64,000 bases of DNA from Minisyncoccota bacterium (GCA_022763365.1 JALEGN010000001.1:30514-94513); one strand, 5' to 3'; counted from the stretch's first letter, positions 45,694 to 57,154 are shown. Notes: a model not told the origin generated them from the letters alone. Numbers and translations are program-made.

Positions 45694-48144
45694 ATGAAAC
45701 TATTGAAAAAAATCTTTGGAGATGAAAATCAAAAGAAATTAAAAGAAGCACAGAAAATTGTAGAAACGATTAATGGACTTGAAGAATCAATAAAAAATCT
45801 TGATGATTCAGCCCTTGCTGAAAAGACAAATGAATTTAAATCACGATTAGAAAAAGGGGAAAGTTTAGACGACATTTTACCTGAAGCTTTTGCCGTTATT
45901 AGAGAAACAGCATGGCGAACGCTTGGTCAACGTCACTATGATGTTCAATTGATTGGAGGAATGATGCTCCATTGGGGGCATATTGCAGAAATGAGAACTG
46001 GTGAAGGGAAGACTTTGGTTTCAACCTTGCCAACCTATTTGAATGCCTTAGAAGGCAAAGGAGTTCATGTTGTTACTGTAAACGATTACCTAGCTCGGCG
46101 TGATGCACAATGGATGGGGCAGGTCTTTGCTTTTCATGGTCTTTCAATTGGTGTTATTAATGATCAAAATCAATCATTTCTCTATGATGCTGGGCATCAA
46201 GAGGTTGATGAAGAACGAGATGAATTAGGTTCATTTAAGGTATTTTATGAATTCCTTAAACCATCATCACGAAAATCTTGTTATGAGGCTGATATAACCT
46301 ATGGAACCAATAATCAATTTGGTTTTGATTATCTGCGGGATCATACAGCCCAAAATAAAAACACGGTAGTACAACGTGGACATCATTACGTAGTCATCGA
46401 TGAGGTTGATTCAATTTTAATTGATGAGGCTCGTGTCCCGCTCATCTTATCAACAGCTGCTGATAATGCCGAAGGTCTCTACACTGCTATGAATACGATT
46501 GCAGGGTCAATGACCGAAGGTCCTGATTACGAAATTGATGAAAAACTTCGTGCTGTATCAATTAGCGACCAAGGAATTGTTAAGGCTGAGAAGGCTTTAA
46601 AAATAAAAAATATCTATACTCAGGAAAATATTAAATTAGTTCATCACCTTGAGACAGCCTTGAAGGCTAAGGCTATTTTCCAAAAAGACAGGGATTATGT
46701 GGTTCAAAATAATGAAGTCCTGATTGTTGATCAATTTACCGGACGTTTACAAGAAGGACGTCGATATTCAGATGGTCTTCATCAAGCTCTTGAAGCAAAA
46801 GAACGTGTACCGATTCAACAGGAATCAAAAACCTTAGCATCAATTACCTACCAAAATTACTTTAAATTTTATGAAAAAATTTCAGGTATGACCGGTACCG
46901 GTAAAACCTCTGAAGAAGAATTCCAAAAAGTATATGGTCTTGATGTTTATGTTATTCCAACGCACAGGCCAATTGCTCGTATTGATCAGACTGATCTTAT
47001 TTATCAAAACGAGGAAGCTAAATTTAAAGCCATCGCACAAAAGGTGAAGGAAAAACAAGACAAGGGTCAACCTGTATTGATTGGTACCGTATCAGTTGAG
47101 AAGAATGAACTCTTATCAGCATTTTTGAAACAAGCTGGTGTTAAACACCAAGCCTTAAATGCGAAAAATCATGAAAGTGAAGGGGAAATTATTGCTCAGG
47201 CCGGGAAACCAGGATCGGTAGTAATTGCAACGAACATGGCGGGACGTGGAGTTGATATTAAACTTGGAGGAAATCCATGTACCCCTGAAGAAGAACAAGA
47301 GGTAAAAGATCTTGGAGGGCTGTTCGTGTTGGGGACCGAACGTCATGACGCTCGGCGTATTGATGACCAGTTGCGTGGACGTGCCGGACGTCAAGGTGAT
47401 GTTGGAGAGACACAATTTTACGTATCACTGGATGATCCAATTATGAAAATTTTTGGAGGTGATCGAATTAAAGGAATCGTTACGAGTCTTGGTCTTAAAG
47501 ATGACGAAGCTATCCAAAATAAAATGATTTCTCGGCAACTTGAAAATGCTCAAGAAAAAGTCGAAGGGTTCCATTTCGATGGACGGAAGGCAATTTTGGA
47601 TTATGATAATGTTCTTTCGTATCAACGAGATACGGTATATGAACGTCGTCAGAATATACTCATGGAAGACCCTGAAACATTGAAGGAAATCGAATCAAAT
47701 ATTATGACGGTTTCTGATGACTTCTCAGAGCGGATTAGCAAAAAGAAAGAAGAATTAACTGAAGAACAATATACTAATGCACTTCGTCAGATTGCCTTAT
47801 ATGTTACTGACCAATTGTGGATGCAACACCTGCAGGTTATGGACTATACACGTCAATCAGTAAATCTTCGCGCCTATGGTCAACGAGACCCACTCGTAGA
47901 GTATAAAAAAGAAGGGCTTCGTTTATATCAAGAAATGGGAACGATGTTTACGAACAAAGTAGCTGAATTGTTAGCACACGTTGAAATTCAAAAGGTGACT
48001 AATACCTCAGAATCAGAAGAGAAAGATACACCAAATTTTTCAAAAAATGATTCAGTTCAAATTATCAAAGATGGAGAAGTCCGTCAGGTAAAGAAAAAGA
48101 AACTGCAAACGTATCTCGATGCAGGTTGGCAAGAACGAAAATAA
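45694..48144 (+). CDS. secA: preprotein translocase ATPase SecA
   Basis: DEAD-like motor motifs MRTGEGKT, VVIDEVDSILIDEAR, GRAGRQGD and TNMAGRGVDI. Confidence 0.9.
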   Translation: MKLLKKIFGDENQKKLKEAQKIVETINGLEESIKNLDDSALAEKTNEFKSRLEKGESLDDILPEAFAVIRETAWRTLGQRHYDVQLIGGMMLHWGHIAEMRTGEGKTLVSTLPTYLNALEGKGVHVVTVNDYLARRDAQWMGQVFAFHGLSIGVINDQNQSFLYDAGHQEVDEERDELGSFKVFYEFLKPSSRKSCYEADITYGTNNQFGFDYLRDHTAQNKNTVVQRGHHYVVIDEVDSILIDEARVPLILSTAADNAEGLYTAMNTIAGSMTEGPDYEIDEKLRAVSISDQGIVKAEKALKIKNIYTQENIKLVHHLETALKAKAIFQKDRDYVVQNNEVLIVDQFTGRLQEGRRYSDGLHQALEAKERVPIQQESKTLASITYQNYFKFYEKISGMTGTGKTSEEEFQKVYGLDVYVIPTHRPIARIDQTDLIYQNEEAKFKAIAQKVKEKQDKGQPVLIGTVSVEKNELLSAFLKQAGVKHQALNAKNHESEGEIIAQAGKPGSVVIATNMAGRGVDIKLGGNPCTPEEEQEVKDLGGLFVLGTERHDARRIDDQLRGRAGRQGDVGETQFYVSLDDPIMKIFGGDRIKGIVTSLGLKDDEAIQNKMISRQLENAQEKVEGFHFDGRKAILDYDNVLSYQRDTVYERRQNILMEDPETLKEIESNIMTVSDDFSERISKKKEELTEEQYTNALRQIALYVTDQLWMQHLQVMDYTRQSVNLRAYGQRDPLVEYKKEGLRLYQEMGTMFTNKVAELLAHVEIQKVTNTSESEEKDTPNFSKNDSVQIIKDGEVRQVKKKKLQTYLDAGWQERK

Positions 48145-48155
48145 AAAACACGAAT

Positions 48156-48536
48156 CTATCGTGTTTTTTTTGTGGTATATTTTTTTGCGTAAATATAGAC
48201 AGCAAGGACTAATGCTACGATTGCTGAGATAGCTAAAGGTAAATTATTTCCTGCAAATCCAAGTTTCGTGATGTGGAAATATAATGCTCCTGCCATTAGT
48301 GCCATAACTCCAAATAGAGATTCACGTTCTGATGGTTTAATAAATAAACCAATACTTACGAGGAGCTCAGCAACACCGACACCAATTCGTCCATAGGCTT
48401 CCGGTAATCCAAATAACTGTAATTCAGTAAATAGCGTTACTGATTCAGGATGTGCACTAAACTTATAAAACAATGTTTGTAGCAAAATAATCGCAATGAT
48501 AATGTGCGCCCAATATTTTTTGATAATATGTTTCAT
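48156..48536 (-). CDS. DoxX-family membrane protein
   Basis: 4-TM small protein. Paralogous to the adjacent upstream gene (shared FTELQLFGLPEAYGR / FTEINLFGQGEAFGR). Confidence 0.55.
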   Translation of the reverse strand: MKHIIKKYWAHIIIAIILLQTLFYKFSAHPESVTLFTELQLFGLPEAYGRIGVGVAELLVSIGLFIKPSERESLFGVMALMAGALYFHITKLGFAGNNLPLAISAIVALVLAVYIYAKKYTTKKTR

Positions 48537-48937
48537 TATTCTTCTGTAACTTCACAAGTTTTTCCTGCACACATTTGTCGTTTACAACCAGCGCATCCCG
48601 TTGTTCCTAGAATCCATAGACCAAGAGCTGCTGTTACGATTGGTAGTACTGGTGCACCAAGCTCAAGAACATAGTGGAAATAAACAGCACCAAGCATAAT
48701 AGCGATTCCTAAAACTGCCGCGAGTTTCCGCGTTGGCTTAAAGAATATCCCAATAGCTGCTGCTAATTGACCAAGTCCTACAAGATAGCGCCCAAAGGCT
48801 TCACCTTGTCCAAAGAGGTTAATTTCGGTGAACATTGCTACGGCATTTTCATGACCGGTTAATTTTCCAATAGCTCCCATAAACAATAGAATTGCAGCAA
48901 AGGCTATATGAGGGATAAATTTAAGATATTTTTTCAT
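48536..48937 (-). CDS. DoxX-family membrane protein with a Cys-rich C-terminal tail
   Basis: DoxX-like core plus CAGCKRQMCAGKTCEV. Its stop overlaps the next start. Confidence 0.55.
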   Translation of the reverse strand: MKKYLKFIPHIAFAAILLFMGAIGKLTGHENAVAMFTEINLFGQGEAFGRYLVGLGQLAAAIGIFFKPTRKLAAVLGIAIMLGAVYFHYVLELGAPVLPIVTAALGLWILGTTGCAGCKRQMCAGKTCEVTEE

Positions 48938-49026
48938 AGTGTATTTTTATATGATTACTAATAACTACATTGTAAAGTATATCATTTTGAATTAGAGTTG
49001 GTAATGAAATAAAAAAACAAATATAT

Positions 49027-50088
49027 ATGAATATGTTTATTATTCTCGCTCTGACTTTTACATGTTTGTATGTACTTAGAAAAATAGTCTTAGGTATACG
49101 AGATAAACGAAGAGTAAATAGAAGAAAGCGTTCACGCAAAGCAATAGAATTATTGCTGAATAAACTTCTTGAGAAAGGTGTTCTGATTGATAGAAATAAA
49201 AAAGATAATCGAGAATCATGGTGTCAGTACCGCGTTCCATACATTGGATATCTTGGTTCAGATACTCCTGAAAAAGTTATCGTACTTCAATCAGGTTTGC
49301 ACGGACTTGAATACTTTTCAATTGAAACCTTATTGAGATATGTACATCAACTTGACGTCAAAAATCTAGAAAAGCGTAATATTCAAGTGATTGTTATTCC
49401 AATTGTAAATTATTGGGGTTTTCAAAATTACAAAAGAACTAACGAAAATGGTGTTGATTTAGCTCGTAATTATAGAGTGTATACTCATAATGCTCTTGAA
49501 GAAGTTACTTCCTATCCATTAGTAAGAGGTTATAAGATGTGGTTTGTTCCATGGCTCCTAACTAAAATTATGAGAAAAACATGGTATTACATGGGCAGGG
49601 AACTTCAACTAGAATTATATGAACTTCGTGATATCTATGCAGAAATTTTGAATACGTATTCTAATGTTCATTTTTATGATTTTCATACAGGAAATAATTC
49701 TATGGCGACAACCATGTGGCGACATGAATTTGATACCAGGCGTGGTATCCCAAAAAAATTCCGTTCTATTTTTAGAAAACAAATGATGGATGCTCCAGGT
49801 ATTCAGTTAGGTCCTATTGATTATGTTACCTATGGAGGTTTATATGAAGGATTATCTCAAGAATTTAAGAATGCTCATCCACATCTCAATGCTTTTACGG
49901 TTGAAATGGCAGTTTTAGCAAAACCTGGAAATTGGCATTATCGATACGAATATTTTTTTGGTTCAGTTTTTGAACCAAAAATAAGTAATCGTGTGTCACA
50001 ATTACAGCAAGAATTGAAGCATATGAGTTTAATAATTAATGCAGAAATTAATGCTGAATCTGATTCAGATGAACTTGATGCTGCATAA
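49027..50088 (+). CDS. M14-like zinc carboxypeptidase / succinylglutamate desuccinylase-aspartoacylase (AstE/AspA) family protein
   Basis: Zinc-ligand pattern SGLHGLEY (HxxE) ... IPIVNYWGF...NGVDLARNY ... HFYDFHTG. Confidence 0.5.
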   Translation: MNMFIILALTFTCLYVLRKIVLGIRDKRRVNRRKRSRKAIELLLNKLLEKGVLIDRNKKDNRESWCQYRVPYIGYLGSDTPEKVIVLQSGLHGLEYFSIETLLRYVHQLDVKNLEKRNIQVIVIPIVNYWGFQNYKRTNENGVDLARNYRVYTHNALEEVTSYPLVRGYKMWFVPWLLTKIMRKTWYYMGRELQLELYELRDIYAEILNTYSNVHFYDFHTGNNSMATTMWRHEFDTRRGIPKKFRSIFRKQMMDAPGIQLGPIDYVTYGGLYEGLSQEFKNAHPHLNAFTVEMAVLAKPGNWHYRYEYFFGSVFEPKISNRVSQLQQELKHMSLIINAEINAESDSDELDAA

Positions 50089-50196
50089 TCAAACACTCGT
50101 AATGAGTGTTTTTTAATTAACTCTACTAAATGTTTCTTTACTTAATCTCAAAAATAATAATAATTAAATTAAATCTAATTTAAAAAATAAAAAATT

Positions 50197-52038
50197 ATGT
50201 GTGGAATTATTGGATACATTGGTACCAAACCAGCTTTGAAAAAAGTCATGATAGGACTGAAAAGACTTGAGCCAAGAGGATATGATTCTTTTGGTCTTGC
50301 TGTCATGAATAATTCAGAAATGACGGTATATAAAAAGGCCAACTTAGAGAAAGGTTTTAATGAATTTAAAGAGAATCTTCCTGATGATATTGTTGGTTCA
50401 ATTGGTATTGGTCATACACGCTGGGCAACTCATGGAGGTGTACATGATAAAAATGCACATCCTCATATCAGTTATGATAGTAGCATTTCTATTGTCCATA
50501 ACGGAATGATAGAAAACTATAAAGAGCTTATACAAAAATATCAACTTAAGTCTTTTCTCGTCAGCGAAACTGACAGTGAAATAATAGCTCATATGATTGC
50601 ACTATTTGTTAATCAAGAGCAGCTATCATTCAAAAAAGCTTTCGAAAAAACCGTAGGAGAAATTACTGGATCTTTTGGTTTGGTGGCTATATCTACCGCT
50701 GAGCCTGATAAAATTATGTGCGCAAAACTTGGCAGCGATTTATACATTGGCAAGGCAAATAATGGTTATTTTGTTGCATCGGCAAAATCTGCTTATCATG
50801 GTGCTGCCGGTAAAGGTTTTGCTTTGGAAGATAGAGAGATTTGTATGATTACAGAGTTACAGGCAGAGGTTTGGAATTTTGATGGAAAAAAACAAATTCC
50901 CAAACTCGAAAAAACAGAAAGTGATTATGAAGATGCGGATAAAGATGGCTATCCTCATGTTATGTTGAAAGAGATCTATGAAGCACCTGAGGTGTTACGA
51001 AATTCCTTACGTGGCAGAATTTATACAGATGCCGGTGGACTCTTGCAGGTAAAACTTGGAGGTATGGAACCCTTTTTAAAAAAGGTAAAGACCATTGATG
51101 AGATTATTGTTGTTGCCTGCGGGACAGCCTATAACGCTGGATTATTTGCAAAGGTGATGTTTGAAAAATATGCCAACATTCCAGTGTCGGTATATACCGC
51201 AACAGAGTTTGTTGATAATGATTACATCACTAAAAAAAATTCAACAGTTCTTGCAATCTCTCAGTCAGGAACAACAAAAGACACTATTGATGCTATCAAA
51301 AAAGCAAAACGATTGGGTCTTAATACTCTTGGTATTGTTAATGCCGTAGGTTCAGAGATTGCACGTATTACTGATGCAGGAGTTCATAATCATGCTGGAC
51401 CTGAGTATGCAGTTGCTTCGACAAAAGCATTAACTTCTCAATTAGCGATTATTGGTTTGATGACAGTTTTTCTAGGAGAAAGACGTTCGTTAAGGTTGGA
51501 GGATAAACAAAATATCTTACAAGAGCTTTCTCAATTACCTCAAGTAATCGAGAAACAACTAGAAGATCCTTTGTATAATCCAAAAAATGTAGCACAAACA
51601 TCTGCCAAATTTGATAGTGGTGCCATTATAGGGAGTAATATACATTCATGGCTTTCTCTTGAAGCCGCATTAAAGGTCAGAGAAATTAGCTATGCCAATT
51701 TTATGGGATATCCTGCCTCTGAACTCAAACACGGTAACATTGCCTTGGTTGATCAAAACTATCTTATCCTTGCTATTGGTATTAATGACACTAGCTTGGC
51801 AAAGGTAAAGAATAATACTAGGCAGGTCGCCGCACGAGACGGTAATATTATTTGGGTAGGACATACACCTCTTGATGAAGAGGGAGATAGTATTCTGTAC
51901 CCTTATGATAATATCCGTATTTTTGAAGCTTTACTTGCGAATATTCAGTTGCAGCGTTTTGCATATTACTTTGCAGATGCCAAGGGTAGACCCATTGATA
52001 GGCCTCGAAACCTAGCAAAAACAGTTACGGTTGAGTAA
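50197..52038 (+). CDS. glmS: glutamine--fructose-6-phosphate aminotransferase
   Basis: N-terminal MCGIIGY Ntn amidotransferase domain, two SIS domains, C-terminal ...KTVTVE. Confidence 0.9.
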   Translation: MCGIIGYIGTKPALKKVMIGLKRLEPRGYDSFGLAVMNNSEMTVYKKANLEKGFNEFKENLPDDIVGSIGIGHTRWATHGGVHDKNAHPHISYDSSISIVHNGMIENYKELIQKYQLKSFLVSETDSEIIAHMIALFVNQEQLSFKKAFEKTVGEITGSFGLVAISTAEPDKIMCAKLGSDLYIGKANNGYFVASAKSAYHGAAGKGFALEDREICMITELQAEVWNFDGKKQIPKLEKTESDYEDADKDGYPHVMLKEIYEAPEVLRNSLRGRIYTDAGGLLQVKLGGMEPFLKKVKTIDEIIVVACGTAYNAGLFAKVMFEKYANIPVSVYTATEFVDNDYITKKNSTVLAISQSGTTKDTIDAIKKAKRLGLNTLGIVNAVGSEIARITDAGVHNHAGPEYAVASTKALTSQLAIIGLMTVFLGERRSLRLEDKQNILQELSQLPQVIEKQLEDPLYNPKNVAQTSAKFDSGAIIGSNIHSWLSLEAALKVREISYANFMGYPASELKHGNIALVDQNYLILAIGINDTSLAKVKNNTRQVAARDGNIIWVGHTPLDEEGDSILYPYDNIRIFEALLANIQLQRFAYYFADAKGRPIDRPRNLAKTVTVE

Positions 52039-52082
52039 TAATCGAATAGACAAAACCCATTCATAAGAATGGGTTTTTTATG

Positions 52083-52458
52083 TGGAGATGGGCGGAATCG
52101 AACCGCCGTGTAAAAAGGAAATCCTCTAACGTCTACATATTTAGTCTATCTTAATTTATTTAGAGCAATTATCTAAAAGATAAACAAAAGCGATAGTTAC
52201 TCGAGCCTTCTGTATTTAAAAGAGGGTAGGAAGCAGCTACCAACTTCGAGTCTGACGGTTATGATACACCGCTATACCATGCAGACACTGGCATAGGATG
52301 CATTCGCTGCGAAGTTTGTTACGCGATTGCGAAAGAGTTCACCGTGTACGGTGAAGCAATTGATTTTCCATTTAAGGAGTGATGCGTTTTACCAGTTCAC
52401 ATCAAACTGGATATGCAATTAAAGGATAACGATCTTCCTAGCGAAGCCTGTCATCCCC
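52083..52458 (-). ncRNA. ssrA: tmRNA (SsrA)
   Basis: Minus-strand 5' end GGGGATGACAGGCTTCGC and 3' end GGCGGTTCGATTCCGCCCATCTCCA. The acceptor stem pairs GGGGATG/CATCTCC with the alanine-identity G3-U70 wobble. Length is ~376 nt. smpB lies 1.1 kb away. The tag ORF was not confidently resolved. Confidence 0.8.
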
Positions 52459-52634
52459 TAAAATCTGACTTTCGTCAGATTTTAGACGTCGAGGCCAATC
52501 TGAAGGCGAAGCCTGAAGCAGACCTGACGTTGTACCTATACTTTATTCCAAAACAAAAAAACTAACAATAGTCATCTGTAATATTGCTTTATATTTAAAT
52601 AATTTTATAGTTTAAATAAACAAAGTTATTTACA

Positions 52635-53552
52635 ATGGAAATATTAACACTTGATTACAATGATATTAAGAATGGAAATCAACAAGATTTTATTCTCAAT
52701 CTAGAAAAAGCACTTTCAACGACGGGTTTTTTCTTGTTAAAAAATCATCCAATTGATGATACTTTACTTTTGAAAAATAGAGAGCTTTTTGAGATCTTTT
52801 TCAAAAGCCTTACTGAAGAGCAAAGAAAATATTATTGTTTTCCTGATGATGCTCATCAAAGAGGATACACACCGATGAAAACAGAAATAGGAGAATTTGC
52901 TTCAGTCGCAGATTCAAAACATTTTTATCAGCTAGGAGATAATTATGAGAATCCTTTTGTATCTGAGATACCCGATTTGCAATATGTGAGTGGACTTTTA
53001 TTCGCACAATTTAATTCTTTATATAGAGAATTAATGAAGTGCGTAGCTCTGTCTTTAGATTTAGACAAAGATTATTTTAATGATGAGATTGGAAATTCTA
53101 TTATGCGGAATATACATTACCCAGCTTTAGATAATCCAACAGTTTCAGATGATGTGGTACGAGAAGGTGGAAATATCGAAGGAATGTGTGCTTCGGCGCA
53201 TACGGATATTGACGATTTAACCTTGTTGCATGCCACTGAAGCTGGCCTTGAGCTGAAATTACCAAATGGGAAATATCAACCTATTGTGTGTAATCCTGAT
53301 GTTATCATCGTAAATACTGGAGACATGTTGCAGCATCTAACTGCTGGCTATTACAAATCTGGTGTTCACCGCGTGGTTTGTGAACCTGGTATAGAACGAT
53401 TCTCAACACCATTTTTTGGACATAGAATCGACTCTGCCTCAGTGATACCATTAGCTAAATTTATTGGCTACGATGTAAAAAAATATCCTTATACAACTGA
53501 AGGTGAATATTTACACAGGCGACTGATTGATATTGGTCTGATAAAAGAATAG
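52635..53552 (+). CDS. 2-oxoglutarate/Fe(II)-dependent oxygenase (isopenicillin-N-synthase-like)
   Basis: HxD...H facial triad region HTDIDDLTLLH...GVHRV and the DSBH pattern. Confidence 0.65.
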   Translation: MEILTLDYNDIKNGNQQDFILNLEKALSTTGFFLLKNHPIDDTLLLKNRELFEIFFKSLTEEQRKYYCFPDDAHQRGYTPMKTEIGEFASVADSKHFYQLGDNYENPFVSEIPDLQYVSGLLFAQFNSLYRELMKCVALSLDLDKDYFNDEIGNSIMRNIHYPALDNPTVSDDVVREGGNIEGMCASAHTDIDDLTLLHATEAGLELKLPNGKYQPIVCNPDVIIVNTGDMLQHLTAGYYKSGVHRVVCEPGIERFSTPFFGHRIDSASVIPLAKFIGYDVKKYPYTTEGEYLHRRLIDIGLIKE

Positions 53553-53577
53553 TAAAATCCAGCATGAGCTGGATTTT

Positions 53578-54021
53578 TTAATAATGTTTCATTGCTCGGT
53601 CAGCGTCACGTTTCATTGAGCGATCTTTGAGGTCTTTACGTTTATCATGAAGTTTTTTACCACGTGCAATAGCAATTTCAATTTTTATTAATTGACCTTT
53701 TTCATAGACTCGCAAGGGAACTACCGTCAAACCTTTTTGTTTTTGTGATTCTTTTAAATCTTGGATTTGTTTTGTATGTAATAAGAGCTTCCTTCTTTGA
53801 TAGGGGTCAGCTGATTCGTGAAGAGGTTGATTTGGTTGATACAAGGGAATAAAGGCTGATGTTAACCATACTTCATCATCAATCGTTACGTAGGCTTCTT
53901 TGAGGGATCCGTGTTTCAGGCGCAGTGTCTTAACCTCCCATCCAGCTAGTTTTATACCAGCCTCAAAGGTTTCAAGAATCTCGTAACTTCTTTTTACTGT
54001 TTTATTAACAAGTAAATTCAT
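53578..54021 (-). CDS. smpB: SsrA-binding protein SmpB
   Basis: NKKARHDYEI-like N-terminus (VNKTVKRSYEILETFEAGIKLAGWEVK). ~147 aa with a basic C-terminal tail. Confidence 0.85.
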   Translation of the reverse strand: MNLLVNKTVKRSYEILETFEAGIKLAGWEVKTLRLKHGSLKEAYVTIDDEVWLTSAFIPLYQPNQPLHESADPYQRRKLLLHTKQIQDLKESQKQKGLTVVPLRVYEKGQLIKIEIAIARGKKLHDKRKDLKDRSMKRDADRAMKHY

Positions 54022-54072
54022 GATTGTAGTATACGTAATTTAGATATAAAAAAAACCTTCAAAAGAAGGTTG

Positions 54073-54483
54073 TTAATATAAATTTACATTTAGTCCTTTT
54101 TGAATATGGATATAGGAAAATAATGGAAGATAAACCATATCTATTTCTTTTTTGGGAATAGGGCAACTTTTTATAGTTGAACCTATTTCCTTGGTTACAA
54201 GATAATAGTCGTCTTTGGTATCGTCTTTCATAATTAATAACTCAACGTTCTTGGATAAAATTTTTGCTGGCAGTTTTATGGTTTGTGTGCCTCGAGTATT
54301 TATTTTAATTTGTAGTTCAGCCTGTGAACCAAGTTCATGAAGAGATTCAATGGCATTATAGATACCTGCGAGTGTATGCTTATCTAAGCAAGAATTATCG
54401 TTATTTTCAAAAATTTTCTCCCCGAGTTCATCAAATGATAAAAAGGGTACTATTATTAATTCTTCAGTTAAGGGTTTATTCAT
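54073..54483 (-). CDS. hypothetical protein immediately upstream of smpB
   Basis: 136-aa ORF. A terminator follows its stop (aaccttcttttgaaggtt plus a T-run on the minus strand, 54046-54070). Confidence 0.4.
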   Translation of the reverse strand: MNKPLTEELIIVPFLSFDELGEKIFENNDNSCLDKHTLAGIYNAIESLHELGSQAELQIKINTRGTQTIKLPAKILSKNVELLIMKDDTKDDYYLVTKEIGSTIKSCPIPKKEIDMVYLPLFSYIHIQKGLNVNLY

Positions 54484-54845
54484 TGGATTTGTTTTTGATT
54501 CATTTTAAATTTAGTTTTTAAAATATATTTTGTCAATAAACACAAAAGCACGATAGATATCGTGCTTACCACTATGGGATTTTATTTATGAAGCTCACTT
54601 GCTTATTTGTTCAGAATCCTACTCAGGGATTATCTCTCATTGAATAACTTAATTCCTTAATTAAGTTATTATATTTCTACAAGATAACTAATGTTGGGGG
54701 ATTAGCCCATGATTATGCAATATATTGCAATACCCTCGTTTATATTTCTGCTAGTTTATGATTAGATTTTTATTTTGAGAAGTTAATCTCAATCACTTAA
54801 ATTACTTAAAATTAAGATATTTAAAATATACACTATTAAAAATAT

Positions 54846-56891
54846 TTGTCAAGTATTTTATTTGAAATATTTGTATCTATGGATAACTTTTCTTTTAAAA
54901 ACAAAGAGCTTATTTTTTATTTTTTGATTGCCCAAATTTTCTCACTCGTTATAATCGAAAGTATGTTATTTAATCAAAATAAATCACCGAAGAAAGGGAA
55001 AAAGAAAAATAACCAAGCTCCTTCGGTAAGTACACAAATTATTTCAGCATTAATGCTATTTGTTTTAGTCGGATTTTTGGTGGATTCATTTTTTCCATCA
55101 CAAGAAGATAATCAAATCACCATTTCAGAAACCGCCCAATTAGTATCTGAAGGACGTGTTGATGAAATTATTGTAAAAGGAGAACAGTTAGAAATAACAC
55201 TCCTACCAGAAACAGAAGGTGCCGAGCCAGAGCTTCGAGAGTCTAAGAAAGAAGCTGGAACCGCCTTATCAGATACCTTGGTAAACTATGGTGTAACACC
55301 AGAGCAATTACAGGCAATTGCTATTGAAATTAATGAACCATCAGGTTTTGCATATTGGCTTGCACAATTAGGTCCATTTTTACTCCCGCTGCTAGGACTG
55401 ATTTTCATTATTTGGTTTTTTATGCGCCAGGTAAAGGGAAGCAATGGTCAAGCAATGAGTTTCGGAAATTCAAAAGCGCGTATTATCCTGCCAAGCAATA
55501 AAGACAAACGCGTTACCTTTAAAGATGTAGCCGGTAATAAGGAAGCTAAAAAAGAACTTGAAGAAATGGTCGAGTTTCTTAAAAACCCAAAGAAATTTAT
55601 TTCTATGGGTGCAAAAATTCCAAAAGGAGTATTAATGACAGGGAGACCAGGAACAGGGAAGACCATGCTTGCCAGGGCTGTAGCTGGTGAGGCAAAGGTA
55701 CCGTTTTTCTACCTATCGGGATCTGATTTTGTAGAAATGTTTGTCGGAGTTGGTGCCTCACGAGTACGTGATCTCTTCAAAATGGCAAAAAAAATGTCAC
55801 CAGCAATTATTTTCATCGATGAGATTGATGCAGTAGGGCGATCACGTGGTGTTGGAATTGGTGGAGGAAATGATGAGCGTGAACAAACTCTAAACCAAAT
55901 TTTGGTTGAAATGGACGGATTTGAACCAAATGAAAAATTAATTGTTATGGCGGCAACAAACCGATCTGATGTTCTTGATCCGGCGCTATTGCGTCCTGGA
56001 CGTTTTGATCGGCGCGTGACCCTTGAATTACCTGATCGACCTGATCGAAAAAAGATTCTTGAAATTCATGGTGCTAAAAAACCTCTTGGTGATGACGTTA
56101 ACCTGACAACTATTTCAGAACGAACGGCAGGATTTTCTGGGGCTGATTTAGAATCACTAATGAACGAAGGAGCTATTATTGCAGCTCTTCATAATCGAAA
56201 AACTATTTTACAAGAAGACCTTCTTGAGGCTCTTGAAAAGGTGATGATTGGTCCAAAACGGCAATCACACCTTGCTTCAGAGCATGAACGAAAGGTGACG
56301 GCATATCACGAGGCAGGGCACGCTATTGTAGCCTCAGTCCTACCTGATGCTGATCCTGTTCATAAAGTAACTATTATCCCACGAGGACGCGCAGGAGGAT
56401 TTACAATGAAATTACCTCTTGATGAACGCCGTCTACCAACCAAAGCAGTTTATGAAGATGATATTGCTATGGGTCTTGGTGGATATGTGGCTGAAGAAAA
56501 AATATTTGGTGATATTACCACAGGTCCATCAAATGATCTTAAGGTGGCTTCAGCAACGGCTCGAGACATGGTGATGAAATTTGGTATGTCATCAGCCATT
56601 GGTCCGATTGTTGTTGATGGAAAACCAGCCCAGACAATGTTTGGTGGTCGCGTAGAAGGAAATAATCGCAGTGAAAAAATGCTTGAAACCATTGATGAAG
56701 AAGTTTCAAAAATTATCCATCGAGGACTCGAGCGGGCACGAAAGGTTATTACCGAATACAATGATGCTTTTGTGGAAATTGCAGAAACCCTTCTTGAGGT
56801 GGAAACACTTGAGCAAGATTCCTATAATGAAATTCTTAAAAAGCACGGAATTGCTATCAAAGAATTACCAAAAACAAAAAAAGCCGCATAA
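54846..56891 (+). CDS. ftsH: ATP-dependent zinc metalloprotease FtsH (probable start at MDNFSF..., ~54879)
   Basis: Two TM helices. AAA motifs [17 protein letters not shown] and the [17 protein letters not shown]. Zinc site HEAGHA. Confidence 0.9.
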   Translation: MSSILFEIFVSMDNFSFKNKELIFYFLIAQIFSLVIIESMLFNQNKSPKKGKKKNNQAPSVSTQIISALMLFVLVGFLVDSFFPSQEDNQITISETAQLVSEGRVDEIIVKGEQLEITLLPETEGAEPELRESKKEAGTALSDTLVNYGVTPEQLQAIAIEINEPSGFAYWLAQLGPFLLPLLGLIFIIWFFMRQVKGSNGQAMSFGNSKARIILPSNKDKRVTFKDVAGNKEAKKELEEMVEFLKNPKKFISMGAKIPKGVLMTGRPGTGKTMLARAVAGEAKVPFFYLSGSDFVEMFVGVGASRVRDLFKMAKKMSPAIIFIDEIDAVGRSRGVGIGGGNDEREQTLNQILVEMDGFEPNEKLIVMAATNRSDVLDPALLRPGRFDRRVTLELPDRPDRKKILEIHGAKKPLGDDVNLTTISERTAGFSGADLESLMNEGAIIAALHNRKTILQEDLLEALEKVMIGPKRQSHLASEHERKVTAYHEAGHAIVASVLPDADPVHKVTIIPRGRAGGFTMKLPLDERRLPTKAVYEDDIAMGLGGYVAEEKIFGDITTGPSNDLKVASATARDMVMKFGMSSAIGPIVVDGKPAQTMFGGRVEGNNRSEKMLETIDEEVSKIIHRGLERARKVITEYNDAFVEIAETLLEVETLEQDSYNEILKKHGIAIKELPKTKKAA

Positions 56892-57154
56892 GGCTTTTTT
56901 GTTTATCTAAAAAAACGTATACTTAAAAACATATGGGTGATCTCCTAAAAAAAATAATCAGTTTACTCTTTAAAATCCTTTTGATCGTATTTGGAATTTA
57001 TTTATTAAAATATCTTTTTGAATACTTATCATGGAATTTTACTCTCGATCAACTTTTTTATTATGTCATTGTTGGTTTCGGTCTATGGATCCTAGCTGAG
57101 TGGATGAAGGGATAATTAAAAGCCGATACACATGTACCGGCTTTTAATGTTAAG

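Noticed and set aside
52040-52110. A tRNA gene at the tRNA-like sequence GGCGGTTCGATTCCGCC
   Set aside because: It is the tRNA-like 3' domain of tmRNA. The matching 5' acceptor strand lies ~370 nt away at 52458, with the G3-U70 Ala determinant.
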